Translations under genes and position numbers: made by a program
DNA from: an uncultured delta proteobacterium
GTDB taxonomy: Bacteria; Desulfobacterota; Desulfobacteria; Desulfobacterales; QNYZ01
Assembly (NCBI GenBank): GCA_963845145.1
Contig: CAWJQU010000002.1
Span: 96,001 to 160,000, forward strand
Direction: 5' to 3'
Length of the DNA stretch: 64,000 nucleotides
Notes under the pieces: model-generated
The model's database searches: none
The model's input: only the letters and a program-made list of their open reading frames with translations
What the model was told of the DNA's origin: nothing
Part shown: piece by piece, positions 9,610 to 22,133 of the stretch
How the letters are laid out: each line of letters starts with the position of its first letter
How positions within the stretch are numbered: the first letter of the stretch is position 1

Positions 9610-10544
9610 TGGATACCTCCCTGGTCATTGGTACCCGCGGCAGCAAGCTGGCCCTGTGGCAGGCCCGATGGGTTCAATCTGCCCTTGAGAAGCATCACCC
9701 CGGTCTGAAAATATCGATTCATACGATTAAAACCAAAGGGGACAAGATCCTCGATGTTCCTTTGGCTAAAGTGGGCGGGAAGGGGCTTTTTGTCAAAGAA
9801 ATCGAGAATGCCCTGCTGGATGGCCGCATTGATCTGGCCGTTCACAGTATGAAAGACATGCCGGCGGGAATTCCGAAAGGCTTACAAATCGGGGCCGTCC
9901 CCCTGAGGGAAACCCCTGAGGATGTATTGATCAGCCGAGAAAATGTCGCTTTTGCGGACCTGCCCGCCAATGCCAAAATCGGCACCAGCAGCCTTCGGCG
10001 GGCGGCGCAACTGCTGGCCCAAAAACCGGGGCTGAACATTCAACCGCTACGGGGCAACCTGGACACCCGCCTTAAAAAACTGGTTCAGGAAAATTTTGAT
10101 GCCATTGTGCTGGCTGCGGCCGGTGTCAAACGGCTCGGTCTGGAAGACCGCATTACCGAGTACCTTAATACGGACCTGATGCTACCGGCGGTGGGCCAGG
10201 GGGCGCTCTGTATTGAAATTCGAAACGACGATCCTACCGTGAATGCCGCTGTTTCGGTTTTAAATGATCCAGGCACGCACACGGCGGTCTCGGCCGAACG
10301 GGCCTTTTTAAACCGACTGGAAGGCGGTTGCCAAACCCCCATCGCCGCTTATGGCCAAATGACGGACGATCAGGTTCACTTAATCGGCCTGGTGGCAAGC
10401 TTAGACGGCAAAACGATATACAAACACGCCCTAAAAGGCCCTCGCCGGGAAGCCGCAAACCTCGGCACGCGTCTTGCCGATCTACTGCTCGACAAGGGGG
10501 CCAGGGTCATTCTCGAAACATTAAAGGATTCCGCCAATGCCTGA
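9609..10544 (+). CDS. hemC: hydroxymethylbilane synthase (porphobilinogen deaminase)
   Basis: IGTRGSKLALWQA, GGKGLFVKEIE, AVHSMKD, GTSSLRR, LEGGCQTP. TAATG overlap with the upstream gene. Confidence 0.96.
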   Translation: MDTSLVIGTRGSKLALWQARWVQSALEKHHPGLKISIHTIKTKGDKILDVPLAKVGGKGLFVKEIENALLDGRIDLAVHSMKDMPAGIPKGLQIGAVPLRETPEDVLISRENVAFADLPANAKIGTSSLRRAAQLLAQKPGLNIQPLRGNLDTRLKKLVQENFDAIVLAAAGVKRLGLEDRITEYLNTDLMLPAVGQGALCIEIRNDDPTVNAAVSVLNDPGTHTAVSAERAFLNRLEGGCQTPIAAYGQMTDDQVHLIGLVASLDGKTIYKHALKGPRREAANLGTRLADLLLDKGARVILETLKDSANA

Positions 10545-12078
10545 AAATAATGGTATCGTCTATCTCGTCGGCGCCGGCCCCGGAGATCCCGGTCTAATCA
10601 CCGTAAAGGGTATGGAGTGTATCCGTACAGCCGAGGTCGTTATCTACGATTACCTCGCCTCACCCATCCTTTTATCCGCTACGGCACCGCAAGCCGAATG
10701 TATATACGTAGGGAAAAAAGGCGGTGACCACACACTATCCCAGGATGAAATTAACGCCCTGATCTGTAAGAAAGCACTTGAAGGCAAAATCGTCACCCGG
10801 TTAAAAGGCGGCGATCCTTTTATCTTCGGTCGCGGGGGAGAAGAAGCGGAGGTCCTCGTTGACAATAAGATCCCCTTTGAAATCGTCCCAGGCGTAACCT
10901 CGGCCATCGCCGCACCGGCCTATGCCGGCATCCCTCTCACTCACCGTGACCACAACGCCACGGTCGCTTTCGTCACCGGGCACGAAGATCCCACCAAAGA
11001 GGAATCGTTGATCAATTGGCCGGCTTTGGCGACAGGCATCGGTACCGTCGTGTTTCTCATGGGGGTTAAAAATCTTCCCAAAATCGTTGACCAACTGATC
11101 GTCAACGGAAGGTCGCCCAGCACGCCTGTGGCACTGGTCCGCTGGGGGACACGGCCGATTCAGACCTCTGTCACCGGAACCCTCGAAACCATTGTAAAAA
11201 ACGTCGCCGAAGCGGGGCTTAAGGCTCCGGCAATTATCGTGGTAGGCGATGTCGTCATCTTAAGAGAGCGACTGAAGTGGTTTGAAAACAGACCGCTGTT
11301 TGGTCGACGCATTCTCGTCACGCGTGCCCGCCAGCAGGCCAGCAATTTGTTGAAAGCATTGTCTGATCTGGGGGCCGAATGCGTGTCGTTTCCCACTATC
11401 GATATCACCGCCCCGGAAAACTGGGCCCCGGTCGATGAAGCCATCGCTGCGCTTGACCGGTATGATTGGCTGGTTTTTACCAGTGTTAACGGCGTCGACT
11501 ACTTTTTCAAACGTCTTTTTAAAAACAATAATGACGTTCGTTCCCTGAACCACATTCGTACGGCAGTCATTGGGCCGGCCACGGCGGAACGGCTTCTCAC
11601 TTATGGATTTAAGAGCGATATCCTTCCCAAAACCTACCAGGCGGAATCCGTCGTGGAAGCGTTTGAGAACGAAACCATGGCCGAAAAACGTGTGCTCCTG
11701 CCACGCGCCGCTGAAGCCCGGCCCGTGATACCCCAGGCGCTTAGAAATATGGGGGCAGTGGTCGACGAGGTGACCGCCTATCAAACCCGCCGGATTGTCG
11801 ACAGTGACGGTTCGCTTTTGGCACAATTAGAGGATCATCAAGTTGATCTGATCACCTTTACCAGTTCCTCCACGGTTCGAAACTTTGTTTCTTTATTGCC
11901 GGCGGATCGAATTCAGGAATTGCTTTCTGCGATCACCGTCGTAAGCATTGGTCCGATTACCAGCGATACCGCAGCCGAATTGGGTGTCAAGGTGGACATT
12001 ACCGCTAATGACTACACGATTCCCGGATTAATTGCCGCCATAAGGTCTCACTACGATGGGACGGAGTCAAAGACGTGA
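10537..12078 (+). CDS. cobA: fused uroporphyrinogen-III C-methyltransferase / uroporphyrinogen-III synthase (CobA-HemD)
   Basis: LVGAGPGDPGLIT and RLKGGDPFIFGRGGEE, then a HemD part with VFTSVNGV, IGPATA and FTSSSTV. Confidence 0.94.
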   Translation: MPENNGIVYLVGAGPGDPGLITVKGMECIRTAEVVIYDYLASPILLSATAPQAECIYVGKKGGDHTLSQDEINALICKKALEGKIVTRLKGGDPFIFGRGGEEAEVLVDNKIPFEIVPGVTSAIAAPAYAGIPLTHRDHNATVAFVTGHEDPTKEESLINWPALATGIGTVVFLMGVKNLPKIVDQLIVNGRSPSTPVALVRWGTRPIQTSVTGTLETIVKNVAEAGLKAPAIIVVGDVVILRERLKWFENRPLFGRRILVTRARQQASNLLKALSDLGAECVSFPTIDITAPENWAPVDEAIAALDRYDWLVFTSVNGVDYFFKRLFKNNNDVRSLNHIRTAVIGPATAERLLTYGFKSDILPKTYQAESVVEAFENETMAEKRVLLPRAAEARPVIPQALRNMGAVVDEVTAYQTRRIVDSDGSLLAQLEDHQVDLITFTSSSTVRNFVSLLPADRIQELLSAITVVSIGPITSDTAAELGVKVDITANDYTIPGLIAAIRSHYDGTESKT

Positions 12079-13088
12079 AGAAAGCTACCGCCACAGAGCA
12101 AAAAACACCCCAGCTTATCGACCGTTATCAGCGGCACCTAAACTATCTGCGCATCTCCATCACCGATCGCTGTAACCTGCGTTGTCTCTATTGCAAGCCG
12201 GAAGGAATTATCCCCAAGCTGCCCCACAACGATATTCTCACCTATGAAGAGATCTTGCGACTGGTGAGGATCGCCGTGGATCTTGGTATTACCAAAGCAC
12301 GGATTACCGGGGGAGAACCGCTTGTTCGTAAGGGGGTATGTCAATTTCTCACCCAGCTGGCTCAAATGGACGGCTTGACCGACGTATCCCTAACCACCAA
12401 TGGCGTCATGCTTGGGCAATACCTGGACCGGATCAAAGCCGCCGGGGTCAATCGGCTCAATATCAGCCTGGATACCTTAAAACCTGAAAAGTATCGCCAG
12501 ATTACCGGGCGAGACAATTTCCAGCAGGTTGTGGAGGCCATCCATGGGGCCCGCAAGCTTGGATTCTCTCCGATTAAAATTAATGTGGTCGCCCTAAAAG
12601 GATACAATGATGAAGAGTTAACCGACATGGCCCGGCTTTCCATCACCTATCCTTTTCATGTACGCTTTATCGAATATATGCCTATCGGTATTGCAAAAAT
12701 GCAACGGGGTGACCGCCTTAGCACGACGGATATTAAAAAGAGAATAATGGAGTTGGGACCGCTTCTGCCGGTTCAAAGGGACACGCATGACGGTCCTGCC
12801 GAACGGTTTCGTTTTGCTGATGCCGCCGGGGAAATCGGATTTATCAGCCCCATTAGCCATCACTTTTGCGACGCATGCAACCGGCTGCGGATAAGCGCAA
12901 GCGGAAAACTCAGATCATGCCTTATGTCCGATAACCAACAGGATCTGCGCCGGCTTCTTCGACAAGGGGGTTCCGACGAGGAGATCATTCGTGTATTTTT
13001 GACCTCGGTACATAAAAAACCCGCAAGACACCATATCACCGATTCAAAAAAGCGGGTAAACAGTCAAATGTCGTCTATCGGCGGATAG
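12075..13088 (+). CDS. moaA: GTP 3',8-cyclase MoaA (radical SAM)
   Basis: YLRISITDRCNLRCLYC, TGGEPL, FCDACNRLR and the C-terminal MSSIGG. Confidence 0.96.
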   Translation: MKKATATEQKTPQLIDRYQRHLNYLRISITDRCNLRCLYCKPEGIIPKLPHNDILTYEEILRLVRIAVDLGITKARITGGEPLVRKGVCQFLTQLAQMDGLTDVSLTTNGVMLGQYLDRIKAAGVNRLNISLDTLKPEKYRQITGRDNFQQVVEAIHGARKLGFSPIKINVVALKGYNDEELTDMARLSITYPFHVRFIEYMPIGIAKMQRGDRLSTTDIKKRIMELGPLLPVQRDTHDGPAERFRFADAAGEIGFISPISHHFCDACNRLRISASGKLRSCLMSDNQQDLRRLLRQGGSDEEIIRVFLTSVHKKPARHHITDSKKRVNSQMSSIGG

Positions 13089-13194
13089 TTTATCTAGCCG
13101 GCGATAAGCAGCCCCACCTTTAGCCACGGAAAAAATAAATATGGGCTTCAACAACTGCCTATTTGCAAATTTAATCCGGAATTGGGGAAAGTAG

Positions 13195-13596
13195 ATGGAC
13201 CCGATTATTTGGTCGGAAAACTTTAGTGTTGGTGTAAAAACACTCGATAAACAACATAAGCAATTGGTTTCTATTTTAAATAAGATACTCAAGGCCCCGA
13301 CCCTCACCACTGCCTCGGAAACCGTCTCGGACATCTTGACGGAGATGACCCAATACGCACGGGAACACTTCCGTTACGAAGAAAAACTGATGCTTGATCA
13401 TGGCTTTCCCGGATTTGAACAACACAAGAAATCTCACATAGCGTTTTCGAAAAAAGTGGCGGAATTATCCCTGGCAACGATGGGGGACCTTGATGATGTC
13501 CCCCAGGAATTGATGGATTACCTTTTTCAATGGCTGCAGCAGCATATTTTACATGAAGACATGAAATACAAAGCGTTTTTTAAGACCAAAATATAA
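13195..13596 (+). CDS. bacteriohemerythrin
   Basis: WSENFSVGV, DKQHK, HFRYEE, HKKSH, WLQQHILHED di-iron ligands. Confidence 0.92.
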   Translation: MDPIIWSENFSVGVKTLDKQHKQLVSILNKILKAPTLTTASETVSDILTEMTQYAREHFRYEEKLMLDHGFPGFEQHKKSHIAFSKKVAELSLATMGDLDDVPQELMDYLFQWLQQHILHEDMKYKAFFKTKI

Positions 13597-13628
13597 AGTG
13601 TGCAAAATAACACTTTCGGGAGGATAAC

Positions 13629-14090
13629 ATGACGTTTTCAATCCCATTATTATGGTTTCTGGCCGGCGTTGTATTTTTAATCGCCGAGTGGGGCGTTCCG
13701 GGAATCATTTTAATATTTTTCACCGCCGGGTGCTGGATCGTTGCCATCATTGTTTGGTTGTTTGATATTGCTTTAACGACTCAGATTGTTCTTTTTATGC
13801 TTTCATCATTGATACTGCTTTTTACACTGCGGAAATACAGCCTAACAATTTTCAGGGGTAAAACACGTGATACGATTGACGACCAGTATGCCGAATCAAA
13901 GATTGGAAAAACGGCTGTCGTCACCAAGCTGATATCGCCGGCGCTACCGGGTGAAATAAAATTGATGGGCAGTTTTTGGCGCGCCGTTGCCGATGTTAAG
14001 ATAGAGACAGAGAAACCGGTAAAGATTATAAGTCAGGAATCTGAAGGCGGATTGACATTCAGGGTTAAACCGATAAAGGAGGACGAATGA
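13629..14090 (+). CDS. NfeD-family membrane protein
   Basis: Hydrophobic N-terminus and OB-fold tail (IGKTAVV, GEIKLMGSFWRA); coupled to the SPFH gene. Confidence 0.88.
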   Translation: MTFSIPLLWFLAGVVFLIAEWGVPGIILIFFTAGCWIVAIIVWLFDIALTTQIVLFMLSSLILLFTLRKYSLTIFRGKTRDTIDDQYAESKIGKTAVVTKLISPALPGEIKLMGSFWRAVADVKIETEKPVKIISQESEGGLTFRVKPIKEDE

Positions 14091-15037
14091 GTTCATCATT
14101 GATAGTCGTCGTTGTTTTAGCCGTTATTTTAATTGCCTTACTGGTTAAAACCGCCGTAATCGTACCCCAGCGGTCAGAATATATTGTCGAGCGGTTGGGA
14201 AAATACAATAAAACCTTTGGGGCGGGATTTCATATCCTCATCCCCTTTCTTGACACTGTGGCTTATAAAAGGTCCCTAAAAGAAGAAGTGCTCGATATTG
14301 CCTCACAGGATTGTATTACCACCGATAATGTTTCAGTCGCCGTTGACGGCGTGCTTTATCTGCAAGTCGTGGATAGTAAACTATCGGCCTATGGCATTGA
14401 TAATTATCGAATCGCGGCCAGCCAGCTGGCACAGACCTCGCTACGGTCGGTTATCGGCAAAATTGAGCTGGATAAAACCTTTGAGGAAAGGGAAACGCTA
14501 AACCAGCAAGTCGTTGCCGCGATTGATGAGGCTGCCCAGAACTGGGGCGTCAAGGTACTGCGGTATGAAATCAAAGATATCACACCCCCTAAAACCGTCA
14601 TGGATGCCATGGAAAAACAGATGAAGGCCGAACGCGAAAAAAGGGCCTCCATCGCCACATCCGAAGGCGATCGCCAATCCCGGATTAACCGGGCCGAGGG
14701 GTTGAAGAAAGAGGCGATTCAGGTGTCCGAAGGTGAAAAGCAAAAACGCATCAATGAAGCTGAAGGTCAAGCTAAAGAGATCCTGCTGGTTGCCCATGCC
14801 ACTGCGGAAGGCATTAAAAAAATTGCCGAATCCTTAAGCCATGCCGGGGGCGAAACCGCAGCCAACCTGAGAGTTGCCGAAAGATACATTGCCGAATTCG
14901 GAAAACTGGCCAAAGAGAACAATACGATGATCATTCCTGCCAACATGGGGGATGTATCATCCATGGTCGCCACGGTCATGTCTGTGTTGGAACACTCCAA
15001 ACAGGAAAAAGACAAAATAAGTCGTATGGGTGAATAG
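14087..15037 (+). CDS. SPFH/band-7 (paraslipin, QmcA-like) protein
   Basis: IVERLGKY, GFHILIPFLD, AQTSLRSVIG, WGVKVLRYEIKDI, QMKAEREKRA. Confidence 0.93.
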   Translation: MSSSLIVVVVLAVILIALLVKTAVIVPQRSEYIVERLGKYNKTFGAGFHILIPFLDTVAYKRSLKEEVLDIASQDCITTDNVSVAVDGVLYLQVVDSKLSAYGIDNYRIAASQLAQTSLRSVIGKIELDKTFEERETLNQQVVAAIDEAAQNWGVKVLRYEIKDITPPKTVMDAMEKQMKAEREKRASIATSEGDRQSRINRAEGLKKEAIQVSEGEKQKRINEAEGQAKEILLVAHATAEGIKKIAESLSHAGGETAANLRVAERYIAEFGKLAKENNTMIIPANMGDVSSMVATVMSVLEHSKQEKDKISRMGE

Positions 15038-15102
15038 GGGCTGTGAATAAGGCGTTGGGAACCATCAGCGCGGATTAAATTTATACGCACTACCTTTTAC
15101 CG

Positions 15103-17136
<2,034 letters not shown>

Positions 17137-17184
17137 TCAAGTACCTCCAAGAATTTATAAAAACCCGTTAGTCATTTAAAATAA

Positions 17185-19647
17185 TCAGGATCGGTAGAGT
17201 CGCAAACTGTTGGTGACGACGGTGACACTGCTTAAAGACATGGCCAGAGCGGCCATGATCGGGTGAAGTTGCCGTAATAGGGTGGGTAAAAATTCAAACG
17301 GATAGAGTGCGCCGGCCGCCACGGGAATCAGGATGATATTGTAAATAAACGCCCAGAAAAGGTTTTGGCGGATCGTACGCATGGTGGCACGACTGAAATC
17401 AATGGCCCTGGGCACCCCCTTGAGGCTACCGCCCGACAGAATCACGTCAGCGGTTTCAATGGCGACGTCCGTCCCGGTGCCGATGGCAATGCCCACATCT
17501 GCCTGGGCGAGTGCAGGTGCATCATTGATGCCGTCACCTACCATAGCCACCCTTTTCCCTTCCGATTGTAGGGATTTGATCTTTTCCGATTTTTCTTCCG
17601 GTCTCACCTCGGCGAAGATCGTCTCAATCTCCACATCGCGTGCAATCGCCCGGGCGGTTTCAAGATTGTCGCCGGTCAGCATGACGACCTGAAGTCCCTG
17701 CCGGTGAAGGCTTCGGACCGCATCGGCAGATTCTTTTTTAATGATATCGGCGACGGATAGCAAGCCGACCGGGGTTGAATCGGCGGCAACGACCATCACG
17801 GTTCGTCCTTTGGACTGCAGGGACTTGATTTGGTCCGTGATTTTTTCAAGATCAATACCCAGCTGCGCAAACCAGCCGGGTTTTCCTACCTGCAACATAA
17901 CGCCGTCCACGTTGGCTTCCACACCGAGCCCACCCAAAGCACGAAAGCCGCTTGATTTGGAGAGATGCAAGCCTCTCTTTTTGGCCTCGCGGACCACGGC
18001 TTTGCCCACTGGATGTTCCGAACCGCTCTCAACCGCTGCCGCAGCCATCAACAAGGCATCTTCATCGTTGAATCTTTGGACGGACCCGCCACCGATTCCA
18101 TGGTCAATCAGAATCGTATCGGTCAACTCGGGACGACCGGCGGTAATGGTTCCGGTTTTATCCAAAACCACAGTGTTAAGCTTGGTGGATGTTTCCAGAG
18201 CCTCACTGTTTTTAAATAAAACCCCTTTTTCCGCCGCTTTTCCGGTGCCGGCCATAATGGCCGTGGGGGTCGCCAATCCCAAGGCACATGGACAGGCAAT
18301 AACCAGCACCGCCACCAACCGAATCATGGCCGGTACGAACTGCCCGCCGATGATCCACCACAGTACAAAAGTTAAAAATGCCAGCCCGATTACCGATGGA
18401 ACAAAGATAGCCGCCACCCGATCGGCCAGGGCCTGTACCGGAGCCTTGCTCCCCTGGGCCTGTTGGACCAGATGAATGATCTGGGCCAGGGCGGTCTCTT
18501 TGCCGACGCGCGTGGCCCGGAAGCGAAGCATGCCCTGCTGATTAAGCGTACCACCCACCACGATATCGCCGGGCCGTTTGTCCACAGGGATCGGCTCACC
18601 GGTCAGCATCGACTCATCCACCGCCGATTCGCCTTCCAATACCTCACCATCCACGGGAATCCCCTGCCCCGGCCGAACGATCACCTCGTCTCCCGTGACA
18701 ACCCGGGTTAATGCGATTTCCCTTTCCTCATCGTCCCTAATGACGACAGCCGTTTTGGGGCTCAAGTCCATAAGCTTGCGGATGGCAACGCCGGTCCGTC
18801 CTTTGGCACGGGCCTCGAGCAGCTTACCCAGCTTTATCAAGGTGATGATCAACGCCGACGTTTCAAAATAGACATGGTTGCCCAACACAGGCATGATCAA
18901 CAGCAACAATGAGTACACATAGGCCACCGAAGAGCCCATGGCCACAAGCACGTCCATATTGGCCGTACGATTCCGCAAGCTCTTAATACTGCCGACGTAA
19001 TAATCCCATCCCGTATAAAATTGCACCGGCGTGGCCAACGCCAAAAACAGCCAATTGACCCATGGTGCGTGGCTCCATGTGCCGGTCAACCCGAAGTCAC
19101 GGGCCATGCTCATGCAAAACAGCGGTACGGCGAAAACGACCCCCACGATGAATTTGCGGGTCTGATTCTTGATTTCCGCCTGACGCGCCTGTTTTTCGAC
19201 ATCCTCGGCGTCGATGGATTCGTCTGGGAGGATCGCTTCGAATCCAGCTCTGTGAATGGCCGCCGCCATCTCCTCCAATGATGTTATTCCCGGAAGATAC
19301 GTGGCGGAGACGCGTTCCGAAGCAAAATTTACCCCGGCGGAGAGAACCCCCGGCACCTTTTTGTTGAGCGTCCGCTCAATAGTCATGGCACAATTGGTGC
19401 AGGTCATGCCAGTTACAGGGAATTCCGCTTCGGCGGTGTTCACTTTAAAACCACTTTTGTGAATTCGGTCCACAATCTCGGACGGCTGGATCGATTGCGA
19501 ATCAAACTCGACCGTCGCCATTTCAGCGGCAAAATTAACATTCACCTGTTTGATGCCGTCTAACCTTTTGACGCTCCGTTCGATATTTAATGCACAGTTG
19601 GCACAGGTCATCCCGGCGACGGGAAAGGTAATGGTTTCTTGACCCAT
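17185..19647 (-). CDS. copA: Cu(I)-translocating P1B-type ATPase
   Basis: Two HMA domains (GMTCANC, GMTCTNC), [29 protein letters not shown] and MxxSS TM ligands. Confidence 0.94.
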   Translation of the reverse strand: MGQETITFPVAGMTCANCALNIERSVKRLDGIKQVNVNFAAEMATVEFDSQSIQPSEIVDRIHKSGFKVNTAEAEFPVTGMTCTNCAMTIERTLNKKVPGVLSAGVNFASERVSATYLPGITSLEEMAAAIHRAGFEAILPDESIDAEDVEKQARQAEIKNQTRKFIVGVVFAVPLFCMSMARDFGLTGTWSHAPWVNWLFLALATPVQFYTGWDYYVGSIKSLRNRTANMDVLVAMGSSVAYVYSLLLLIMPVLGNHVYFETSALIITLIKLGKLLEARAKGRTGVAIRKLMDLSPKTAVVIRDDEEREIALTRVVTGDEVIVRPGQGIPVDGEVLEGESAVDESMLTGEPIPVDKRPGDIVVGGTLNQQGMLRFRATRVGKETALAQIIHLVQQAQGSKAPVQALADRVAAIFVPSVIGLAFLTFVLWWIIGGQFVPAMIRLVAVLVIACPCALGLATPTAIMAGTGKAAEKGVLFKNSEALETSTKLNTVVLDKTGTITAGRPELTDTILIDHGIGGGSVQRFNDEDALLMAAAAVESGSEHPVGKAVVREAKKRGLHLSKSSGFRALGGLGVEANVDGVMLQVGKPGWFAQLGIDLEKITDQIKSLQSKGRTVMVVAADSTPVGLLSVADIIKKESADAVRSLHRQGLQVVMLTGDNLETARAIARDVEIETIFAEVRPEEKSEKIKSLQSEGKRVAMVGDGINDAPALAQADVGIAIGTGTDVAIETADVILSGGSLKGVPRAIDFSRATMRTIRQNLFWAFIYNIILIPVAAGALYPFEFLPTLLRQLHPIMAALAMSLSSVTVVTNSLRLYRS

Positions 19648-19657
19648 ATCTCTGTTT

Positions 19658-19864
19658 TTAAACCTCGGCAGGGTAATTGATCTCTTTCAGGGTATCGATA
19701 ATCTGGTCCCTGGTCGCCGGTGCTTCCCATTCAACGGTTACGGTTTTCGGATCAATTTGGCCATCAACATCTGCAACGCCTTCAATCTCAGTCAACTCAT
19801 CGTGAATCGCCTTGGTACAATGCCCGCAGGATATATTTGGAATTGTAAATATCTCCTTTGCCAT
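19658..19864 (-). CDS. copZ: copper chaperone (HMA domain)
   Basis: 68 aa with ISCGHC; directly upstream of the Cu ATPase. Confidence 0.88.
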   Translation of the reverse strand: MAKEIFTIPNISCGHCTKAIHDELTEIEGVADVDGQIDPKTVTVEWEAPATRDQIIDTLKEINYPAEV

Positions 19865-20284
19865 AATCTTGATCTCCTTATAGTAACTATCGATTTTCAG
19901 TCAATTTACTGGGTCCTACTTATGTTGAAACTAAGCATAAACACACAATTGTCGAGCCAAACGGCCGACATTCCAAGCGACCCAATTCGAAACGAAGGTA
20001 AAGAGACAAAAGCCACACCTTCATAAGGCTTGCAAAATGATTTCGATTCGATTTATGATTCTAAAATAATCACGCATCTACTGGAAGAAACATGAAAAAA
20101 GGAGATTGACAATAGCACCTGAATAAGCAATTTATGATCGCCTCCAAACTTACCATGTAGCGTAATATCAATTACAAACAATGCAATATTCTGTGTAGCA
20201 AAGGACAGCAACAACAGACCCAAAAAATACTTGACAGACCGAAATCATTATTGAAAAGATGTCATTATAAATCCGATTGTTTTT

Positions 20285-20300
20285 TGGCATTTAAATTGCT
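20285..20300 (+). promoter_or_regulatory. putative sigma54 (-24/-12) promoter
   Basis: TGGCATTTAAATTGCT has exact GG-N10-GC spacing and lies about 105 nt upstream of the PilZ gene. Confidence 0.65.
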
Positions 20301-20405
20301 TTTGTTTTTTATTTGATTATTTGTTGTAACGAGAAATTAAGCGATAGATGGATATCCAAGCGAACGATTGATATTGAAACCGAACCTTATTCCTGGAGTG
20401 AACAG

Positions 20406-20798
20406 ATGAGCACGGCACCAGTACTTGGCAATAGAACCTGCCCTCGATATCAAGTGTTAAATAGTAGAGTTCAACTCAAATTAAGCGGTATCTTTGGCCG
20501 GTTTGGCAAAGAACTTCACCAACTTTCACTAATCAACCTGAGCACCGCTGGTATTCAGGCGGTCGCAACCAAACGTATTAACCAGCAGAAAGAATACGAT
20601 ATTGCACTCTTGGTACCGGCCTTTCCCGGCCCCATATCAGCCAAAGGCCGCGTGGTATGGCACAAACCCTATACGGCCGATAATCAGAGAGAATATTTTC
20701 GGGTTGGTATCGAATTCACCTATTTCAAAGGTGACGCCATGCGCCAAATCGAGAGCCTCGTAGCCAATCGAGAATTGCGGGAAATGAGCCAATCTTAA
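20406..20798 (+). CDS. PilZ domain protein (c-di-GMP receptor)
   Basis: RTCPR (RxxxR), NLSTAG (D/NxSxxG), GRVVW and VGIEF. GGAG upstream of ATG 20406. Confidence 0.85.
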   Translation: MSTAPVLGNRTCPRYQVLNSRVQLKLSGIFGRFGKELHQLSLINLSTAGIQAVATKRINQQKEYDIALLVPAFPGPISAKGRVVWHKPYTADNQREYFRVGIEFTYFKGDAMRQIESLVANRELREMSQS

Positions 20799-20861
20799 CC
20801 ACGCCAAAACGATAAAGTCCGGGGACCCGCTCGCACCACCCAATCTTTTTAATATTTTAGA

Positions 20862-20890
20862 TTGACATTTGATAATCCTTTTATTAAATA
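20862..20890 (+). promoter_or_regulatory. putative sigma70 promoter of tRNA-Ala
   Basis: Perfect TTGACA followed 17 nt later by TAAATA, just before the tRNA. Confidence 0.45.
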
Positions 20891-20905
20891 CTGCCTCCAC
20901 AACTC

Positions 20906-20981
20906 GGGGCTGTAGCTCAGCTGGGAGAGCGCATGACTGGCAGTCATGAGGTCAGGGGTTCGATCCCCCTCAGCTCCACCA
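20906..20981 (+). tRNA. tRNA-Ala(GGC)
   Basis: GGGGCTGTAGCTCAGCTGGGAGAGCG; anticodon arm CATGA-CTGGCAG-TCATG; T arm GGTTCGATCC; encoded CCA; 76 nt. Confidence 0.97.
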
Positions 20982-21001
20982 AAAATCAAAAAGGGATAGC
21001 G

Positions 21002-21457
21002 ATGCGATTGTGGATACCTGTTGCATGCATTATCCTCCTTCTTTTCGGGATGGGTGGCGGTTGTCAAAAAAGCGATCAGGATAATATCGCCACTCAAATT
21101 GAAAATCTGAATTCCACCAGCCACGATGTTCGCGAGGCGGCCATCAAGGCCTTGGTGGAAATTGGAAAACCAGCCGTCGAAACGCTTATTACGTCTCTGG
21201 AAAGTACCAATAAGGAAGTTCAAATTTCCGCGTCTCGCGCGTTGGGAGAAATTGGGGATACGCGGGCTATTCAGCCGCTTATTGCGTTGCTCACCGAATC
21301 ATTTGATGTGGATCTGATGTTTGAAGCCGCCATGGCTTTATCATCTCTGGATGAAGAAGAAGCCTGTGGTGAGTTGAAGAAACTGAAGGAATCCTCAAAC
21401 CCCATTATCAGAAAACTCGCCAAAAAACTGCTCAAAGAAAACAATAAGTGTAAATAA
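21002..21457 (+). CDS. HEAT-repeat (PBS lyase-like) protein, probable lipoprotein
   Basis: Signal peptide ending GGGC; repeats VREAAIKALVEIG, ASRALGEIGDTRAIQPLI and AAMAL. Confidence 0.8.
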   Translation: MRLWIPVACIILLLFGMGGGCQKSDQDNIATQIENLNSTSHDVREAAIKALVEIGKPAVETLITSLESTNKEVQISASRALGEIGDTRAIQPLIALLTESFDVDLMFEAAMALSSLDEEEACGELKKLKESSNPIIRKLAKKLLKENNKCK

Positions 21458-21486
21458 TACCTAAACGTCCGGCCTCATTTTTGGAC

Positions 21487-21518
21487 AAAAAAAGAGGAGA
21501 CCCTTGCGGTATCTCCTC
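21487..21518 (-). terminator. intrinsic terminator downstream of dodecin
   Basis: GAGGAGA/TCTCCTC stem with an adjacent A7 (U7 on the minus strand), between convergent genes. Confidence 0.7.
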
Positions 21519-21547
21519 GTCAATAGTCGACCCAATAAGGTCTACGA

Positions 21548-21757
21548 TCAGCTCTGATACTTAAAAGAAAGGTTGACTCGGGCACGATAAGCCGTCACCT
21601 TGCCATCCTCCAACTTCATGTCAAGTTGGCCTACCTCAGCCACCCTCAGGTCCTTTAAACTCTGGCCAGCTGTTTCAACGGCATTTTTGGCCGCTTCTTC
21701 CCATGAAGTCTCACTCGTTCCAACCAGCTGGATCACTTTGTACACACTGTCCGCCAT
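21548..21757 (-). CDS. dodecin family flavin-binding protein
   Basis: VYKVIQLVGTSETSWEEAAKNAV...YRARVNLSFKY; AAGGAGG SD. Confidence 0.92.
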   Translation of the reverse strand: MADSVYKVIQLVGTSETSWEEAAKNAVETAGQSLKDLRVAEVGQLDMKLEDGKVTAYRARVNLSFKYQS

Positions 21758-22133
21758 TACATCCTCCTTTTCTCGGATTGATAGATCGCTTCGACCTACA
21801 TCCTTCATTTATTAAGGTGAGTATTTGCCGAGACTGTTTAAAGTATAGCCTAAAAATAGTATTCCTGTCAAATACGAGCGACGGCATGGATGTCCACGGT
21901 AGGGAGCCTGAATCGATTGTTTCTCATCGCCCTATTGGTCATCTCTTAGAAGATCTTTTGCCTGCGGGCCTTTATCGGGTCTGGCTTGACATCGAAAGTC
22001 AATTCCCTTAACAAGAAGATTTCTTTGCAATGTGGGTGTAAAAGGAACACCCTTAATCAACCTGGGATCATTCTGTGATCAATCAGGATGTATGGTTACT
22101 ATCGGCAGGATCGAAAACCACGAAGGCTTTCCA

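Noticed and set aside
19994..20022. GAAGGT...ACCTTC as a CueR box upstream of copZA
   Set aside because: The half-sites are in the reverse order and at the wrong spacing for ACCTTCC-N7-GGAAGGT.
20849..21223. 124-aa minus-strand ORF and the N-terminal extension of ORF 20933
   Set aside because: Both are translations through the tRNA-Ala gene.
21860..22130. 6S RNA or riboswitch in the dodecin-fusA gap
   Set aside because: Only short local hairpins; no long rod with a central bubble and no riboswitch consensus recognised.
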